64,000 nt of DNA from Ptychomitrium polyphyllum (Eukaryota), in assembly GCA_973851085.1 (NCBI GenBank), contig OZ316776.1, positions 13,702,001 to 13,766,000 on the forward strand, read 5' to 3'. This document shows, one piece after another, positions 26,251 to 40,590 of this stretch. The notes beneath the pieces were generated by a model. That model saw only the letters and a list, made by a program, of their open reading frames with translations. It made no database searches and was not told where the DNA came from. The translations under genes and the position numbers were made by a program. The first letter of the stretch is position 1. The number at the start of each line of letters is the position of its first letter.

Positions 26251-29200
26251 TCGCATTGTAACTGAACTCCGCTAAGCTCATATAATCCGCCCAATCGCAC
26301 TGGTCCGCACTCACAAAGTTCCTCAAATATTGGTTCAAGACTCCATTTGCTCGTTCCATTTGCCCATCCCTTTAAGGATGGAAGGCAATGCTAAATGTCA
26401 ATTTGGTTCCGGCTTTCCTAAAGAAATGTATCCAAAAAGCACTAGTGAATTTTGGATCTTCGTCTGACATAATCACTCTCGGCAACCCGTGATGTTTCCA
26501 CCATGCATCGAGGAATAGCTTTGCGGTTTCATGTGCAGTTACGGTTCCTCTAGTTGGCACCATGTGCGCCAGCTTGCTAAAGCGATCTACCATCACAAAG
26601 GTGGCATCATGTCATTGCGATTCCGGAAGACTTGTGATGAAGTCCATGGACACGCTGTGCCATGGACCCAGCGGAATTGGCAAAGGTTGTAGTAGACCGG
26701 CTTACTTTTGGTAAGGAGCTCTATTGAGTTGGCACTTCACACAAGTTTTCACAAAGTCGGTAATGTCCGCTTTCATGCCCGGCTAATAGTACCTTCTTGA
26801 CACCGCCGCTATGGTGGTTTTTCTCCCTCTATGGCCGGCTACGGGACTATCATGTTCTTCTTTCAAAACCAACAACCGTAATTTTCCTTGAGGCACATAC
26901 ACCCGACTTTGTTTGTACTTGAGCAATCCCTTCTCCAACTTAATTTCCTTAAGTTTCTTACCCTTCTTAAGCTCGCCAAGAAGCCTTTGTGCTTCGAAGT
27001 CCTTCATGTACCCCTCTCTTATCTTCCTTTCCAAATTGCCTTCTCTCTTGTACATTACTTGCAAGACTTGGGTTGTACCCATTGCTTGCAACTCCTCCCG
27101 CCTACTTAGATTATCCGGCATTACATTGTCACGTCCCGGCTTGTGGATCAAAGTCACATTCATGAATGCCAAGGTGTCGTGCCACCTCAATTGTTTTGCA
27201 CTCATTTGTGCTTGCGACTCAAAGTACTTCAATGACACGTTGTCTGTGTAGACTTTGGTTTTATGTAGGCCCAAGTAGTGCCGCCATGTTTTCAAACAAT
27301 GCACTACGGCAAAGAGTTCTCTCTCATGCATGGGCTACCTCTTTTGGCACCCATCCAACTTCTTGCTCTCATAGGCAATTGGCATGCGTTCTTGCATGAG
27401 CACTCCGCCAATGGCAAAGTCACTTGCATCCGTGTGGACCTCAAACGGCTTTTCAAACTCGGAAAACTTCGATACCGGCGGTTGTGACAACTTATCCTTG
27501 AGTTCTTGAAAAGCTTGGTGACAAAATCCATCCCATACTTGGCTAGCTCCTTTCTTCAACAAGTCGGACAAAGGTCTAGAAATTTTGGAGAAGTTGCGTA
27601 TGAACCTCCTATAATAATTTGCTAGGCCGAGAATTGATCTCAGCCCCTTTTGTGTAGAAGGTTGTTTCCACTCTCTAATTGCCTTTATCTTCCTTATATC
27701 CGGCTTGATTCCATCATCCAACACTATGTGGCCCAAGAACTCAATCTCAAGTTGAGCAAACTCACTCTTCTCTCCGTTGGCATAAAGCTTGTGGTCCCTA
27801 AGTTTTTGAAGCACCACTTTGAGGTGCCTTGCATGTTCTTCCACCGACTTGGAGTACACCAAGATGTCATCAATGTAGACAATGACAAAGTCATCCATCT
27901 TTTCTCGAAAGATGGTATTCATGAGGGTCGTAAACGTCGAAGGAGCATTACACAACCCGAATGGCATCACCAAAAATTCATAGGACCCATACCTAGTGCG
28001 GCATGCGGTCTTTGGCACGTCTTCATCCGCAATGCGGATTTGATAGTAGCCCAATTTCAAGTCTATCCGACTAATGTATTTAGCTCCCGCCAATCTATCA
28101 AAGAGGTCATCGATCGGAGGCAAAGGATAGTTGTTCTTGATGGTGGCTTTATTCAAGGCTCTATAGTCGACACACATGCGGAGCTTGCCATCCTTTTTGT
28201 CCACAAAGAGGACCGGTGCTCCATATGGTGACTTACTTGGCCTAACATAGCCTCTTTCCAATAAGTCATTCAAATGCTTCTTCAACTCTTTTAGCTGTTT
28301 TAGATTCAACCGGTATAGAGCCTTTGAAGGGGGCTCCGTTCCCGGTATCACTTCAATTTTGTGATCCACTTTGCTTCTTGGCGGTAACTCTTTGAGCAGC
28401 TCATTGGTGAGCACATCCTTGTAACCACTTAGTACATTTTGAATGCACTTGGAAATAGTCCTAATCTCCTTGGCACTTGGCCTATTCCCCTCTTCTTGCT
28501 CCATTCGCATCATAACCACAAATTGGTTATTCACTAATTGTTCTAAGGAGACTAAATTCAACTTGCCTCCCGCAACCATAGGAGTCCGAGTCAACTTCAA
28601 TATTGCCTCCTTCCCACCACGGCACACTACTAACCGTGTTGGCTTTTGCTTCACATCCACCACATGAGTTTTGAAAATGGTATCACTTAAAATGAGGTCT
28701 ACCTCATCCATCTCACATAGTGTAAAACTTTCCTTCAACTCCAATGTTCCACTGCTTAAGGCCACATCCAACACCACCTCCTTCGTCTTGTATGGTTTGC
28801 CTTTTGCAAATCGCACGTTGATGGGCTTGCTAGCTTTTTGAGCTGACAAGCCCAACACCCTTGCTAGCTTGGGACTCATGAAGGAATGCGTTGCCCCTGT
28901 GTTAATCAAACATGAGACATTTTTGCCATTTATTTGGGCCTCAAGGTATAAGAGACTCAACCTTGGCTTAAGGCTAGTAGCCTTGGCCATAAATCCACCT
29001 TCTAAAATGTGATCCACAACACAAGTGTGACAAGCTTTGATACTCACTTTTTTATTGGGGCACTCCGCAATGAAGTGGCCAATCTTACCACACCCGTGGC
29101 AACGCTTGTGCTTCACCTCAGCACTCTTATCTCCCGATTTGAATGGTTTTCTCTCATGATGGTCCACTTTGTTGTAGGCCCTTCCATCTACTTGTCCCTT

Positions 29201-31381
29201 GTATTTGTTTCCAAAGACGAATTTCTTGCGTTCTCCGCCGCGAGGTACGTTTCGGCTCAATCCACTTTGTTAAGAGGGACCACTTGATTTTCTTTCGGGA
29301 CCGTCAGCTTCATTTCTATCCACAATCTTAATGATTCCCGCCACGTCCTTTGGAAGCTTTGGAAATTTGAACAAGGCGCCACCTACTTTTGAAGCCCACC
29401 CAAATAGATGCATTTCTTTGAAAACTCATCCATTTTGAATGTGGCATTCATTTGGGCATTGAAATCTCGCACATAAGTCTTGAGCAATCTGGTGTGCCTC
29501 ATTTGCATCAAGTTCATGCCCTCCCTCAACTCTTGGTATTCCAAAATGAAGCATTCACTCAAAATCTCTTTAAAATTGACCCAAGACAAAGTCGCCACCA
29601 ACTCCGGCTCTTGTTCCTTTTTACTTGTCCACCATTGAAGAGCATGGTCTTTCAAAAAGGTCACCGCAATTGAAACTTTGTCCACCTCCTCCGGCTTTTG
29701 AACATCATAATAGTTGTCCATTTCCAAAAGAACTCCTTCACCTTCCTCGCTTTACCTAGCCCAGAAAAAGTGCTTGGCATGTTCACCTTGGCCAACGTCT
29801 TGGTCGAAGATGAGGACCTGCAACCTTGTGCCATCAAGTACTCAATCCACCTCTCTTGATGGATCCTTTCTTCTTTGCCACGCTTGAGTTCTTAGTTCAT
29901 ACCGTCCATGAACTCTAGCATTTTCATGCGAATACTCAAGTCAGGGTCCTGACTTTCTAGGCCCACAAGTGGCTCAGGAAGTCCAGCTCCTGAATACTCT
30001 CCACCCTCTAACGCTTCATCTTGTTGAGTTTCCTCAACTTCCTCCGTGACTCCAATGTCATTTCCTTGTTCATTGGAATCAAAAGATGGAACCTCATTAA
30101 TCGGATTGGGATCTTTGTTCAGCCTCGTGCGTACTCGTTTAGAGGAGCCGGCTCACCGAAATCACCGGCCTTCTTCGTACCTATAGCCTCCTTGCAACGT
30201 AGCACTTAGATACTCAAAGCCTCCTCTGATACCAAATGTCGCAACCTTTGTAATGCAACTTAGCTAGCGTTACGCACGTCAACCCTGTACACCTCTACAT
30301 GCACATGGTTAACCCCCATTTTTACTTTCCAAGACTCTCTATTATTTCTCTTTAGACACCCAATTTATTAGTAGCCAATGGTTAGGTGCGGACTTCCATT
30401 CATGTCCAAGGCCTCTTTGGTGTTACTTCCATTCCACACGGCCTAACCGCACTTAGTGGTGTCTCCTCACCTCCACTCATGATGCCCATGTGATCCTAAG
30501 ATCACCCCGGGCCATCATGGTGCCGGTGTGAAGACACCACCCCAACTTAGTGGTAACAAGCGTACCCTTTTGAACGTGCTAGTTCCCTTCGTGAAACCAG
30601 CCGTCCACCGGCTCACAATGGTGTGGGAGTCCCCGTGGTGAAGCCCCAACACTAGCTCCACCAACCGGGACTCACCCTTGGTCTCTACCGGGACACTAGG
30701 GGAGTGGGGAGGGGGACCAATCCTCCCTTATAGTACTCTCTGTGGGATTTGGCAGGCCCCCTGGCCCTCTGTAGCTGGCTGAACCCCGACACACCTAGAG
30801 TTTTGGAAGACCACCCGATCTTCCTTGGGACTTAGCCGCTGGAAGCCTCCGGGACTCCCAGCAGACCTTCAGGGAGCCATACCTTCCTCATCCGGTGCCC
30901 GAATGTATCAAGCAACCACTCTATCGTCATCTACTCTTTGCGTAGATGCCGATAGACTCCTCAAACGTCCGATTTGAGTTAGTATTATGGGAGATACGCC
31001 TCTCCCAAGGTTCGGAACTCCCGGGGAGTCCCTCCCTGGACTGTCCCACTCCGGTCCAGTCACTGTGTGGGGCTGCCACACTCCAAAACAGCCCCTTGGC
31101 AACCCCAACTTTGGAATGCCATAACTTTTAGCTCCCTTGTCCGATTTAGACAATCTTTAGCATTCTAGAATCAGCTCTTCGTGATTCTTCCAATGCCAGC
31201 CATGTATCCCTCATGGCCCTTGGTCTACATGGGCAAGGATGTTTCTCCCCCTTAGGGGTCCTTCCCACGCTAGGCCCACTCGGTTTCCCTCACTATCGGC
31301 GCCACAAGTCCCGGACGTCACTTCGCGGTCCCCCTTGTGCCCTTAGTGTTGCGGGCACTCCTCAAGGAGAGGTGCGCAACA
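26251..31381 (-). mobile_element. Ty3/gypsy element C (chromovirus-type RT, Galadriel-like): 5' LTR 31381-30237, tRNA-Met PBS, gag, PR-RT-RH, partial integrase; 3' end deleted
   Basis: 641-aa ORF 29260-27335 with [59 protein letters not shown]. Gag ORF 29727-29383. Integrase VDRFSKLAH...AFHP. Confidence 0.93.
30224..30234 (-). promoter_or_regulatory. Primer-binding site of element C (initiator tRNA-Met)
   Basis: Minus strand TGGTATCAGAG, 2 nt after the LTR end (...TGCGACA). Confidence 0.9.
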
Positions 31382-33388
31382 CAAACGCTCCTCTTTTAGT
31401 GATATACACGATTTTGTAGTGGTCAACCAGGTGGATTTTATTCTAATTATATCTTGAAAAGCCATCAAAAAATGAGTACATTGCATGCCCAGCTATTGTA
31501 TCTAAAACATTATTGATAAATGGCAAGGGACAAAGGTCTTTTTTTGTGGCGGCATTGAGTCGGCAAAAATTGACGTAAATGCATAGTTTTTCATTTTTCT
31601 TGGAGACAATGACAATGGAAGCCAGGAAGTTTTAGCTATTGGAGAAATAAAACTTGTTGTTATGAAGCAATCTAGGTTGTTTTTTATGGCCTTAACATAG
31701 TTGAAATTTATTTGGTATCAAACTTGGTGAGAGAGAGAAATGGTAGTGTTAAAGTCAATACAATGTTGGGCAATATGGGCTGGTATCCTTATTAAATTTG
31801 TGTAAGTCCATGCAAAGACATTGTGAACTAAAATATGGTCTCACTAATTGAAAAAATTCCAAGCTCACATTATTTTTTTTGCATTGAGATGTGTTAAGCA
31901 TTTTGTAGTATTTACAATGAATTTCTAGCTTATTTAACTTTTAGTGAGCAAGTTTAATATTTGATATTTGTTGTAGCCTAATTAGAGATGTTTAGTTTCA
32001 TTTATCTTATATAACTAAGTAGCTAGTAATTACTATGAGTAGTGGTCACAAAACGTGAACTAAAATAAGTTCCCACTAATCAGAAGACTTACTAATTTAT
32101 ACACTCTATTAATAATACTTAACAAAAATTTAATTGCATTATAGTCCAATTTGGTTGTATTTTCCAACGAGGTTTCGCTTTGTGGCAGATTGCCAGTGGC
32201 AGGGTCCACCTAAATTTGGGCACTCCAGCTAAGTTTGCCTGCTAATTTTTGCTCTTGTTATGCTTTCTAAACGCGGGCTGTTGCTGCTGTTGGTCATCTT
32301 CCAAGCTGTTGTTGATAGCTTGCTATTTGGAACCTTGGTGTGCAACCAAACTTAAATCTACCACAGCTCTGCAAGGATGGGTCTTCACAGAATCAAGCAC
32401 ATGCATGTTGTTATTTTCAGTGTTGTTTCTTGATTGCCTTTGATTTGGTGTCCCTTCGTTTGTTGCGGTTCCCAGTATGGCCCACTGGCACTATCTACTA
32501 TGCTGTCCTTCTCGCAGCTCACGCCTTGGCCAACTTCTGTTCTTCACACCGGTTCTAAAAGCTGATCCCAGCTTAGTTGCCTAGCTATTTGCTATTCCCT
32601 TTCCCAAAGTCTTTATAACTACTACTGTCAGAATTCCGGCTTGCCAATTCATTGCTGAGTTGTGCTCATCTTTGTACTTGAGACTCAAACAGAACTATCA
32701 CAAGCTCAAGCTGCCTACACCACTTGGTTCCCCTCTCTACTCTTGCCTTTGATAGCTATTACGTGGCTCTGTCACAAAATCTCCACTCGACCTGTTCTAC
32801 CAGCCACTTGGTTGCTAATGCATATTAATTCTTGATATTTACTCCTGTCACAAACATAGATCATGTAACATAGTTCTTAGAACATTCTAGAATCTTCTAG
32901 TATACTATAATAGCTTCTTAGAATACTTTTAAATGTCTCCATAACCATTTCATGTTCTTAGGAAGCTTCCTAGGAAGATTCCACCATCTTAAAAAACTTC
33001 CTAGCAAAGTTCCACCACCTTACGAAACTTCTTAAGAAGGTTCCACTACCTTAGGAAACTTCCAAGGAAGGTTCCAACTCCTTAGAAGCTTCTTGGGAAG
33101 ATTCCAACATCTTAGGAAACTTCTTAGGAAGGTTCCCTAAACTTCCAAAACATTCTTAAGCCTTGTAGGAAGCTTCTTTAGAAGTATGCTAGGAGATACA
33201 AACGTCATAGTATAAATAGGAGGCAAGACAAGGTATTCCTTAGTCTTGCTAACACAAGTTGTGGATCATCTTGAATCCTACCTTGTTCTAGTCTTTGTAT
33301 CAAGTTCTTGTTAAGCATTAGCTCTTTGGAAGCTAATTCTTTGGGAAACACTTCGTTTCTGCTTCTTGTTTCTTGTGTCCTTAATAGT

Positions 33389-33400
33389 TTGGCAAGACTA
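33389..33400 (+). promoter_or_regulatory. Non-tRNA PBS of element A (putative self-priming site)
   Basis: TTGGCAAGACTA, 2 nt after the 5' LTR. It is the exact reverse complement of LTR TAGTCTTGCCAA (41865-41876 and 4103-4114), which starts 30 nt after the start of TATAAATA. Confidence 0.75.
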
Positions 33401-35175
33401 CTCTTCATCTTTGTCAGAGCTAAGGTTCTTTGAAGAAGATTGTGGATTACCCATCTTCTTTAGAATTCCATAGCGTCTTAAAGGTTGCGGATTATCCTCC
33501 TCTAAGCTGGCACCATAGAGTTGGTTTCTCCTTCTAGAACCAAGTACTACTTCTTTCAAAGGACGTGGATTATCCTCTTTTGAAGGTACTCATAGTCTTC
33601 TTGTCTTTGATAATCTTAAGAAATTGATAACGTGCCTGGAACATCAGAGAATAGGTTTGCAACTATTACAGACCTTCAAGAATTATTAAACACAGTTCAA
33701 ACGGAACTCGCCCGCTTTAACACCACCAACAATTTAGAACAACACACTTGGCAAGCTGAAGAATCCAATGGTGATATTCAAAGCCTATATCAAGAAGTTG
33801 TTTGACTGCAAGAGGCCAATATTAAAAGAAAAGGCTTATGTTGAATCCATGCAGAGCCAAAGATTAACATGCCAGACAAGTTCGATGGATCAAGATCAAA
33901 ATTAAGAGGCTTTGTTCAACAAGTAAGGCTCTTCTTTAGTTTGCATCAATCTCGCTATCTTGATGGCACAACTCAAATGGGATTTGTGGCCACCTTTTTA
34001 TCAAAACAATGCCCTATTGTAATTTGCACCATTAATGGAGAAGCATTCATCATTATTGAACAACTTAGATGCTTTCATAGAAGCATTAACATCTACTTTT
34101 GGAGAGACCGATTGGGAGAGGTTGGCTGAGACAAGGATCCAAAGTCTACAACAAGGACAACGCTCAGCTGCTACATATGCTGCAGAGTTTTGACAACTAG
34201 CTTGCGACCTTGATTGGAATGATAAGGCCTTGGTCACACGATTTCGATGGGGCTTAAGAGAAAATGTGAAGGACTTGCTATTCACAATGCTAAGAGTTGA
34301 AATATTAGACGAATTCATCACTCAAGCAATAGCATGTGGCAATAGACTATTTGAGAGGCGCCAAGAACAACGCTTGGGATGGCGACCAGTACATCAAAGC
34401 ATGGCTACCACTTCTTCAAGAATATTAGAAAGCCGAACACAAGGACCAATACCTATGCAAATTGATGCTGCCCAGTTTAGACGTTTGACTCCAAGAGAAT
34501 AAAAAAGGCGTCAAAAAAAAAACCTATGTTTGTATTGTGACAAGTCTAGACATAAAGTGCACAATTGCCAAATTAAAGGATCTATCTTTAAGGCTCAAAG
34601 CACAATGGTGGAGTTGGAAAACAAGGCTATCCAGTCACAGTAGGGACCATGCGACTGGACACCACAAGAAAACGACCATCAAATCAAAGTCTCTTACTAC
34701 CTTCAAGCCCTACCTCTTGTTTTATATTTTCTATCAAAATTAAATTATTAGAAGATGAAATAGTTAGTGAGGCTCTATTAGACACTGGTGCAACGGCATA
34801 TTTCATAGACAAGGATTTTGCAACCAAACATCACATGGTGCTTGTGAACAAAAAATATCCCGCACCTGTTGAAGTTATTGATAGACAATCTCTTACGTCT
34901 GGCAATGTTATTGAAGAAACTCAATCCTTGGAGGTTGTTTTAGAGAATCAGGCATCTAAAATTGTCTTCAACATCATTCAATGCCAAACAAATCCTATTG
35001 TCTAAGGCCTTCCTTGGTTTGAATTACATAATCCAGACATTGGATAGCGCTCACAAAGTGTGGTCTCAAGCAAAGGACGTTAAGGTAGGAGAAATCTTGG
35101 ACCATCATTTACTGAAGCTAAGGCATTTATAAGTGCGGAAAATGATGAACCAATTTATGCCATTTATGCCACATC

Positions 35176-36339
35176 TGTTGCAACCTTTATAATGCACCTT
35201 AACAAACGTCATGCACGTTAACCTTGTACACCTCCACATGCACATGATTAACCCCCATTTTCACTCTCCAAGTCTTAAGCTTGGTTTTCAATTTCCCTTA
35301 CCATTTCTCTTAGGACGTCCAATTGATTGGTAGCCAATCGTTAGGTGCGGACTTTTATTCATGTCCAAGGCCTCACTTGGTGTTACTTCCATTCCACACG
35401 GCCTAACTGCACTTAGTGGTGTCTCCTCACCTCCACTCATGATCCCATGTGATCCTAAGATCAACCCAAGCCATCATGGTGCCGGCGTGAAGATACCACC
35501 CCAATTTAGTGGTAACAAGCGTGCCCTTTTTATCTTACTAGTTCCCTTCGTAAAACCAGTCATCCTCAAGCTCACAATAGTATGGGAGTCCCCGTGGTGA
35601 AACTCCAATACTAGCTCCAACAATTAGAACTCACACTTGATTCCTACCAAGACACTAAGGAAGTGGGGAGGAGGACCAACCCTCCCCTATAGTACTCTTT
35701 GTGGGATTTGGTAGGCCCTCTAGCCCTCTATAGCTAGCTAAACCTCGATACACCAAAACTTTTGGAAGACCACCCGATCTTCCTTGGGACTTAGCCGCTG
35801 GTAGCCTCCGGGACTTCCTGCGGACCTTTAGGGAGCCTTATCTTCCACGTTTGGTGTCCGAATCTATTGAGCGACCACTCTATCGTCATTTACTCTTTGC
35901 GTAGATGCCGATAAACTCCTCAAATGTTCAATTTGACTTAGTATTCTGGGAGATATGCCTCTCCTACGGTTCGGAACTCCTGGGGAGTCCCTCCCTATAC
36001 TGTCCCAGTCTAGTACAGTCACTGTCTAGGACTGCCACAGTCTAGAACAGCCCCTTGGTAGCCCCAACTTTGGGATGCCATATATTTTAGCTCCCTGGTC
36101 CGATTTGAGTAATCTTTAGCATTCTAGACTCAACTCGTCATGAGTATTCTAATGCCTACAATTTATCCCTCGTGGCCCTCGAACTACGTGGGTAAGGATG
36201 TTTCTCCCCCTCGGGATCCTTCCCACGCTAGGCCTACTTAGCCACTTTACTATCGGCGCCACAAGTCCCAGACGTCACTCCGGATTCCCCCCTTGTGTCC
36301 TTAATATTGCGGGCACTCCTCAACAAGAGCTGTGCGAGA
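35176..36339 (-). mobile_element. Solo LTR of family C inserted between PR and RT of element A
   Basis: Homologous end to end with 30237-31381 (TGTTGCAACC...TGTGCGAGA). Degenerate 5-bp TSD ACATC/AGACC. Flanks rejoin colinearly with element B at ~19385. Confidence 0.9.
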
Positions 36340-39077
36340 AGACCAATGTCCAGCTGTATAATAGAAACTAATAAAAATATACCTCGTTAATATTAAGATT
36401 ATAAAGACGTTTTTGAAAAGAAGAATGCAAACATGTTATCAAAGCTCCGGCCTTACGACTGTAACATTGAGTTGCAAGAAGGAGTCCAACCACCTTTTGA
36501 ACCTATGTATAACTTATCACAAACCGAGTTGACTGCCTTGAGAGAATATATTAATGAAAACCTAGAAAAGGGTTTCATTCAACACTCTAAATCACCGGCT
36601 AGAGCATCCATTCTATTTGTAAAGAAGAAAGATGGATCATTACATATGTGCGTGGCCTATCGAGGCCTCAATAAAGTGACCAAGAAGAATCACTATCCAT
36701 TACCATTAATCTCAGGACTCCTACAACAACTTGGCCAAGCAAAAATATTCACCAAAATTGATCTTAGAGGAGCCTACAATCTTGTACGCATCAAAAAAGG
36801 AGACGAATGGAAGACAGCTTTTTGATCTAGGTATGGTCATTTTGAATACAATGTCATGCCTTTTGACCTTACTAATGCTCCCGCAGTCTTCCAACATATG
36901 ATGAATGATATCTTCCATGAACATTTGGACAATTTTGTAGTCATCTACTTAGATGATATTTTGATATATTTAAAGGATGAACAAGACCACGAATGTCATG
37001 TGCGACTGGTCTTAGAAAAGCTACGCCAACAAGGATTATATGCCAAATTGGAGAAGTGCCTTTTCCATGAATCCTCGATTGAAATTTTAGGCTACATCAT
37101 TTCCAAAGGAGGAATCCATATGGATAAGAAAAAAATAAGCATTGTCAAAGAGTGGAGTACGCCAAGATCAATTCAAGATGTTTAATGCTTCTTGGAATTT
37201 GCAAACTTCTACGGGATATTCATCAAGGATTATTCCAAGATTGCGACACCATTAACACGTCTTGTGGGGAAGAAAAAATTCATTTGGAATGAAGAAGCGG
37301 AAAAAGCATTTCAAAGCCTTAAGAAGTCATTCACGTCGGCTCCAATTCTTATTCATCCAAATCCATCAAAGCCTTTTTATTTGGAAGCGGATGCATCAAA
37401 TTTTGTGCTTGACTTAGTACTCTCACAATACGATGAAGACGGGAGACTTCATCCTCTTGCTTTTTGTTTAAGGAAGTTCTCAGCAGCAGAGATCAATTAT
37501 GATATACATGATAAAGAACTACTTGCAATTGTAAATGCGTTTGAGGAATGGCAACACTTGTTGGAAGGAGCTCAACATACCATCACAATATATACAGACC
37601 ACAAGAACTTGGAGTATTTTATGAGTGTGCATGTTTTGAATTGCCGTCAAGCAAGGTGGAATATGTCGCTTTTCAGATTTGACTTTGTCATTACCTATCA
37701 ACCTAGTAGCTTATAAGGAAAGCCAGATGCCTTATCTCAAAGATCTTATTTAGCTCCTCAACCTGGAGATGGTGTTTTGGATCAATAAAGGACTATTTTA
37801 TTGAAGCCAGAGAATTTTCAATTGAAAGCAGCGATTATTATGACAACATCCCATCTTGATGAAATTTGGAAGGCTTTAAAGAATGATGTCTTTGTCTCAA
37901 ATATAAAAAAGCGCCTGAAAGACAATGGAGGTCCTTCAAATAGCGATGAAGACTTTGAATTCTAAGAGGGCCTGTTTTATTATAAAGGACTTTTGTACCT
38001 ACCTCCAGGCCTTTTGCGGTTGAAGATCCTTCAAGCACGTCATGATTTTTCAACAACAGGATATTTTGGATTCAATAAAACAATGGAATTGATTGCTAAA
38101 GACTATTGGTGGTCACAAATGTGGAAGTACGTAAAGGACTTTGTTTAATCATGCGACACTTGTGCAAGAACCAAGGTACCAAGACACCAACTTCATGGTC
38201 TCTTCCATCCGCTTCCAATGCCAAAGGGTCCATGGCTGTCTTTGTCAATGGATTTTATCACGGACCTTCCAAACTCCGATTCTAAGAATTCTATTTTGGT
38301 AGTGGTATATCAATTTTCCAAAATGGCACATTTTATTCCATGCAATAAGACGGTAATGGGAGAAGAAACTGCCAAGTTGTTCTTAAATCACGTCTACTGT
38401 ATACATGGACTACCAAATGATATTATATCCGATTGAAGGCTGCAGTTCATTTCCAACTTTTGGAGGGCTCTATTCCAGCTATTGCATGTAAAGATCAACC
38501 TTCTTTCAACATACCATCCGCAAACTGATGGTCAAACCAAACATGTGAATCAAATTTTGGAGCAATACCTTTGTTGTAGCATAAACTACCAACAAGACAA
38601 CTAGATGGACCTCTTGCCTTTGGCAGAATTTGCTTACAATAATACGATGCATTCTTCAAGAACTGAAAGTCCATTCTTTGCAAACTATGGCCATCATCCT
38701 CAAGCAGATCCATTTCAAATGAAGCATGTTGGAAGTCCTGCAGCAAAGGATTTTGCAATTCAACTTGCTAAAATCCATCAAGAAATTACCTTTTAGTTAC
38801 AACAAGCTCAAGATCGTTACAAAATTCATGCAAATTGCCAGCAAAAGGACCATCCAAAGTTCAAAGTTGGAAATAGCATATGGCTCTTGCGACGAAATAT
38901 TCAAACAAAAAGACCATCAAAAAAGTTGGATTATCAAAGGTTGGGCCCGTTTGAAATCAGCAAACAGATAAATCCGGTTAGTTATCGCCTAAAGCATGCA
39001 AATTCATCTAGTATTCCACGAATTATTGTTGGAAACCTATAACAAATCATGTATACCAGAGAGAATCGTCCTTCCGC

Positions 39078-40590
39078 TGTCGTGGTGAAAGTGGTAGCTA
39101 TAGAAAACACAAGGTTTTTTTTAGCATCTAATTGATCAAGGTCAAGATGCATGAAGAGTTTCTATTTCTAACACCTAATGAAGCAAACACCTTAACCCAA
39201 ATTTTCTCTCTACGCTGCCTTGAAAATTCCAAATGCTAAATATGTTGTAACTTCTAGCAAACTAATCCAAAGCACCTAAAATTTCAACAAAACCTTCTTG
39301 AAACATTCATTAGGCTATATGTAAATTTTGGTTGCCAAATCCTTAGTACCCTTTAAGATCCATAACTTCAAAGTTTACATTCTTCATTATTACAGCTCCT
39401 ATACTTCTATCACTTTACCACTTCATAACTCTTCTTTTATGATAAATTCAAATTTTGAATTCTGTGTACATGATACATATCTTATAATAAACACCTTGTA
39501 AAAATATCAACTTTAGAAAATCCTTCTATCATTTATAATGACCCAAATTGTACAACCCCAAACTCTACTGTACACTGTCTTTTATGTCCCGGTTGCATTT
39601 GTCTTTGTGTCTTTTGCTCAAGAAGTCCAATGCTCACCAAATTTTGACACCATCTTTTCAAAGTAATCAAAACCTTTTTCTAAAAATTTCACTTATAAAA
39701 AACGTTTCCACAAGAAGTTACAAACATTCAAACTAGCTGCCCTCAAAAACTCAAGGCAGCTAACTTAACTTTACTCAAACTAAAGCCACGATCACATACT
39801 AACTCCAAATGGAACGTGTGATGGCTTTCTAAAAAGCTTACAAAAAAAATAAAAATTCCAACAAGAACCAACTCAAACTAAGAAATATACTATGAGATTT
39901 CACCCAAAGAAGGGCTGCCTTCTTATTCTAGTGGGAGAAGCCAAGAGAGAAGAAGAGGGCGGTGGTCAAACCGCCACATCCGCCCCTTATCTCTCCACAT
40001 CAGCTATATCTCTCCACACTAGCCCCTAAACTCCTTTATCAAACCTTTATCTAACCATATCTTCAAATCTAAATTCCTTTCTTTTGCTTTTCTTTCTTTT
40101 GGTTGAAACTTCTAGGTTCCAACTACAAAGAAGATAAAATCAACCCTCACAAGTCTAAAATAGAAACTAAAAAAACTAAAATAAATTAAAGAAAGTAGGA
40201 AAAAGATTGAAATTCAACAAGAAACAAGTTAAGAATAAAACCATTGTCGAGGTAGGTTTAGACACCAAATCATGAACTTGGTTGACTGAATAAGTTTCAG
40301 CTGCTGAACCGGTCCAAGTTCGATTCTTGTCAAATTCGTTGAGTAGACCGGCAGCACTTGGCTTGGTACTGCTAGCAAAAACGGCATGTAGGAAAAATTA
40401 TAGTCAACCTGTCTAATCACCCTGAGCTAAGACAAGATGCGGTTCCACCTCTAAAATAAACAAAAATTGTGATTTCACCACGACCTTTATTTTAATCTAA
40501 TTATTTCTTTTTCCTAATACTCTTTTCCAAATACACCAAACAACAAATATTACTCAAGTTTTAAACTATACAATTAATTACATCACAACA
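39078..40590. mobile_element. Same 1513-bp TG..CA insertion, copy 2
   Basis: Duplicate of 1316-2828 at offset 37762. Confidence 0.85.

Larger units (their letters stand above)
24750..32845 (-). mobile_element. Old non-chromovirus Ty3/gypsy D (RT-RH-INT remnants), split by element C. Its 5' part probably continues at 42011-~42450 beyond element A
   Basis: Integrase WGLDFIG...TNYTTKW, H..H..CPTC zinc finger, RNase H remnants at 25500-25800. RT pieces AFKDYLGDSMKLFV (~26200) and YSFFDGFSRY...KRGAF (31382-31480) flank element C. Confidence 0.75.
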
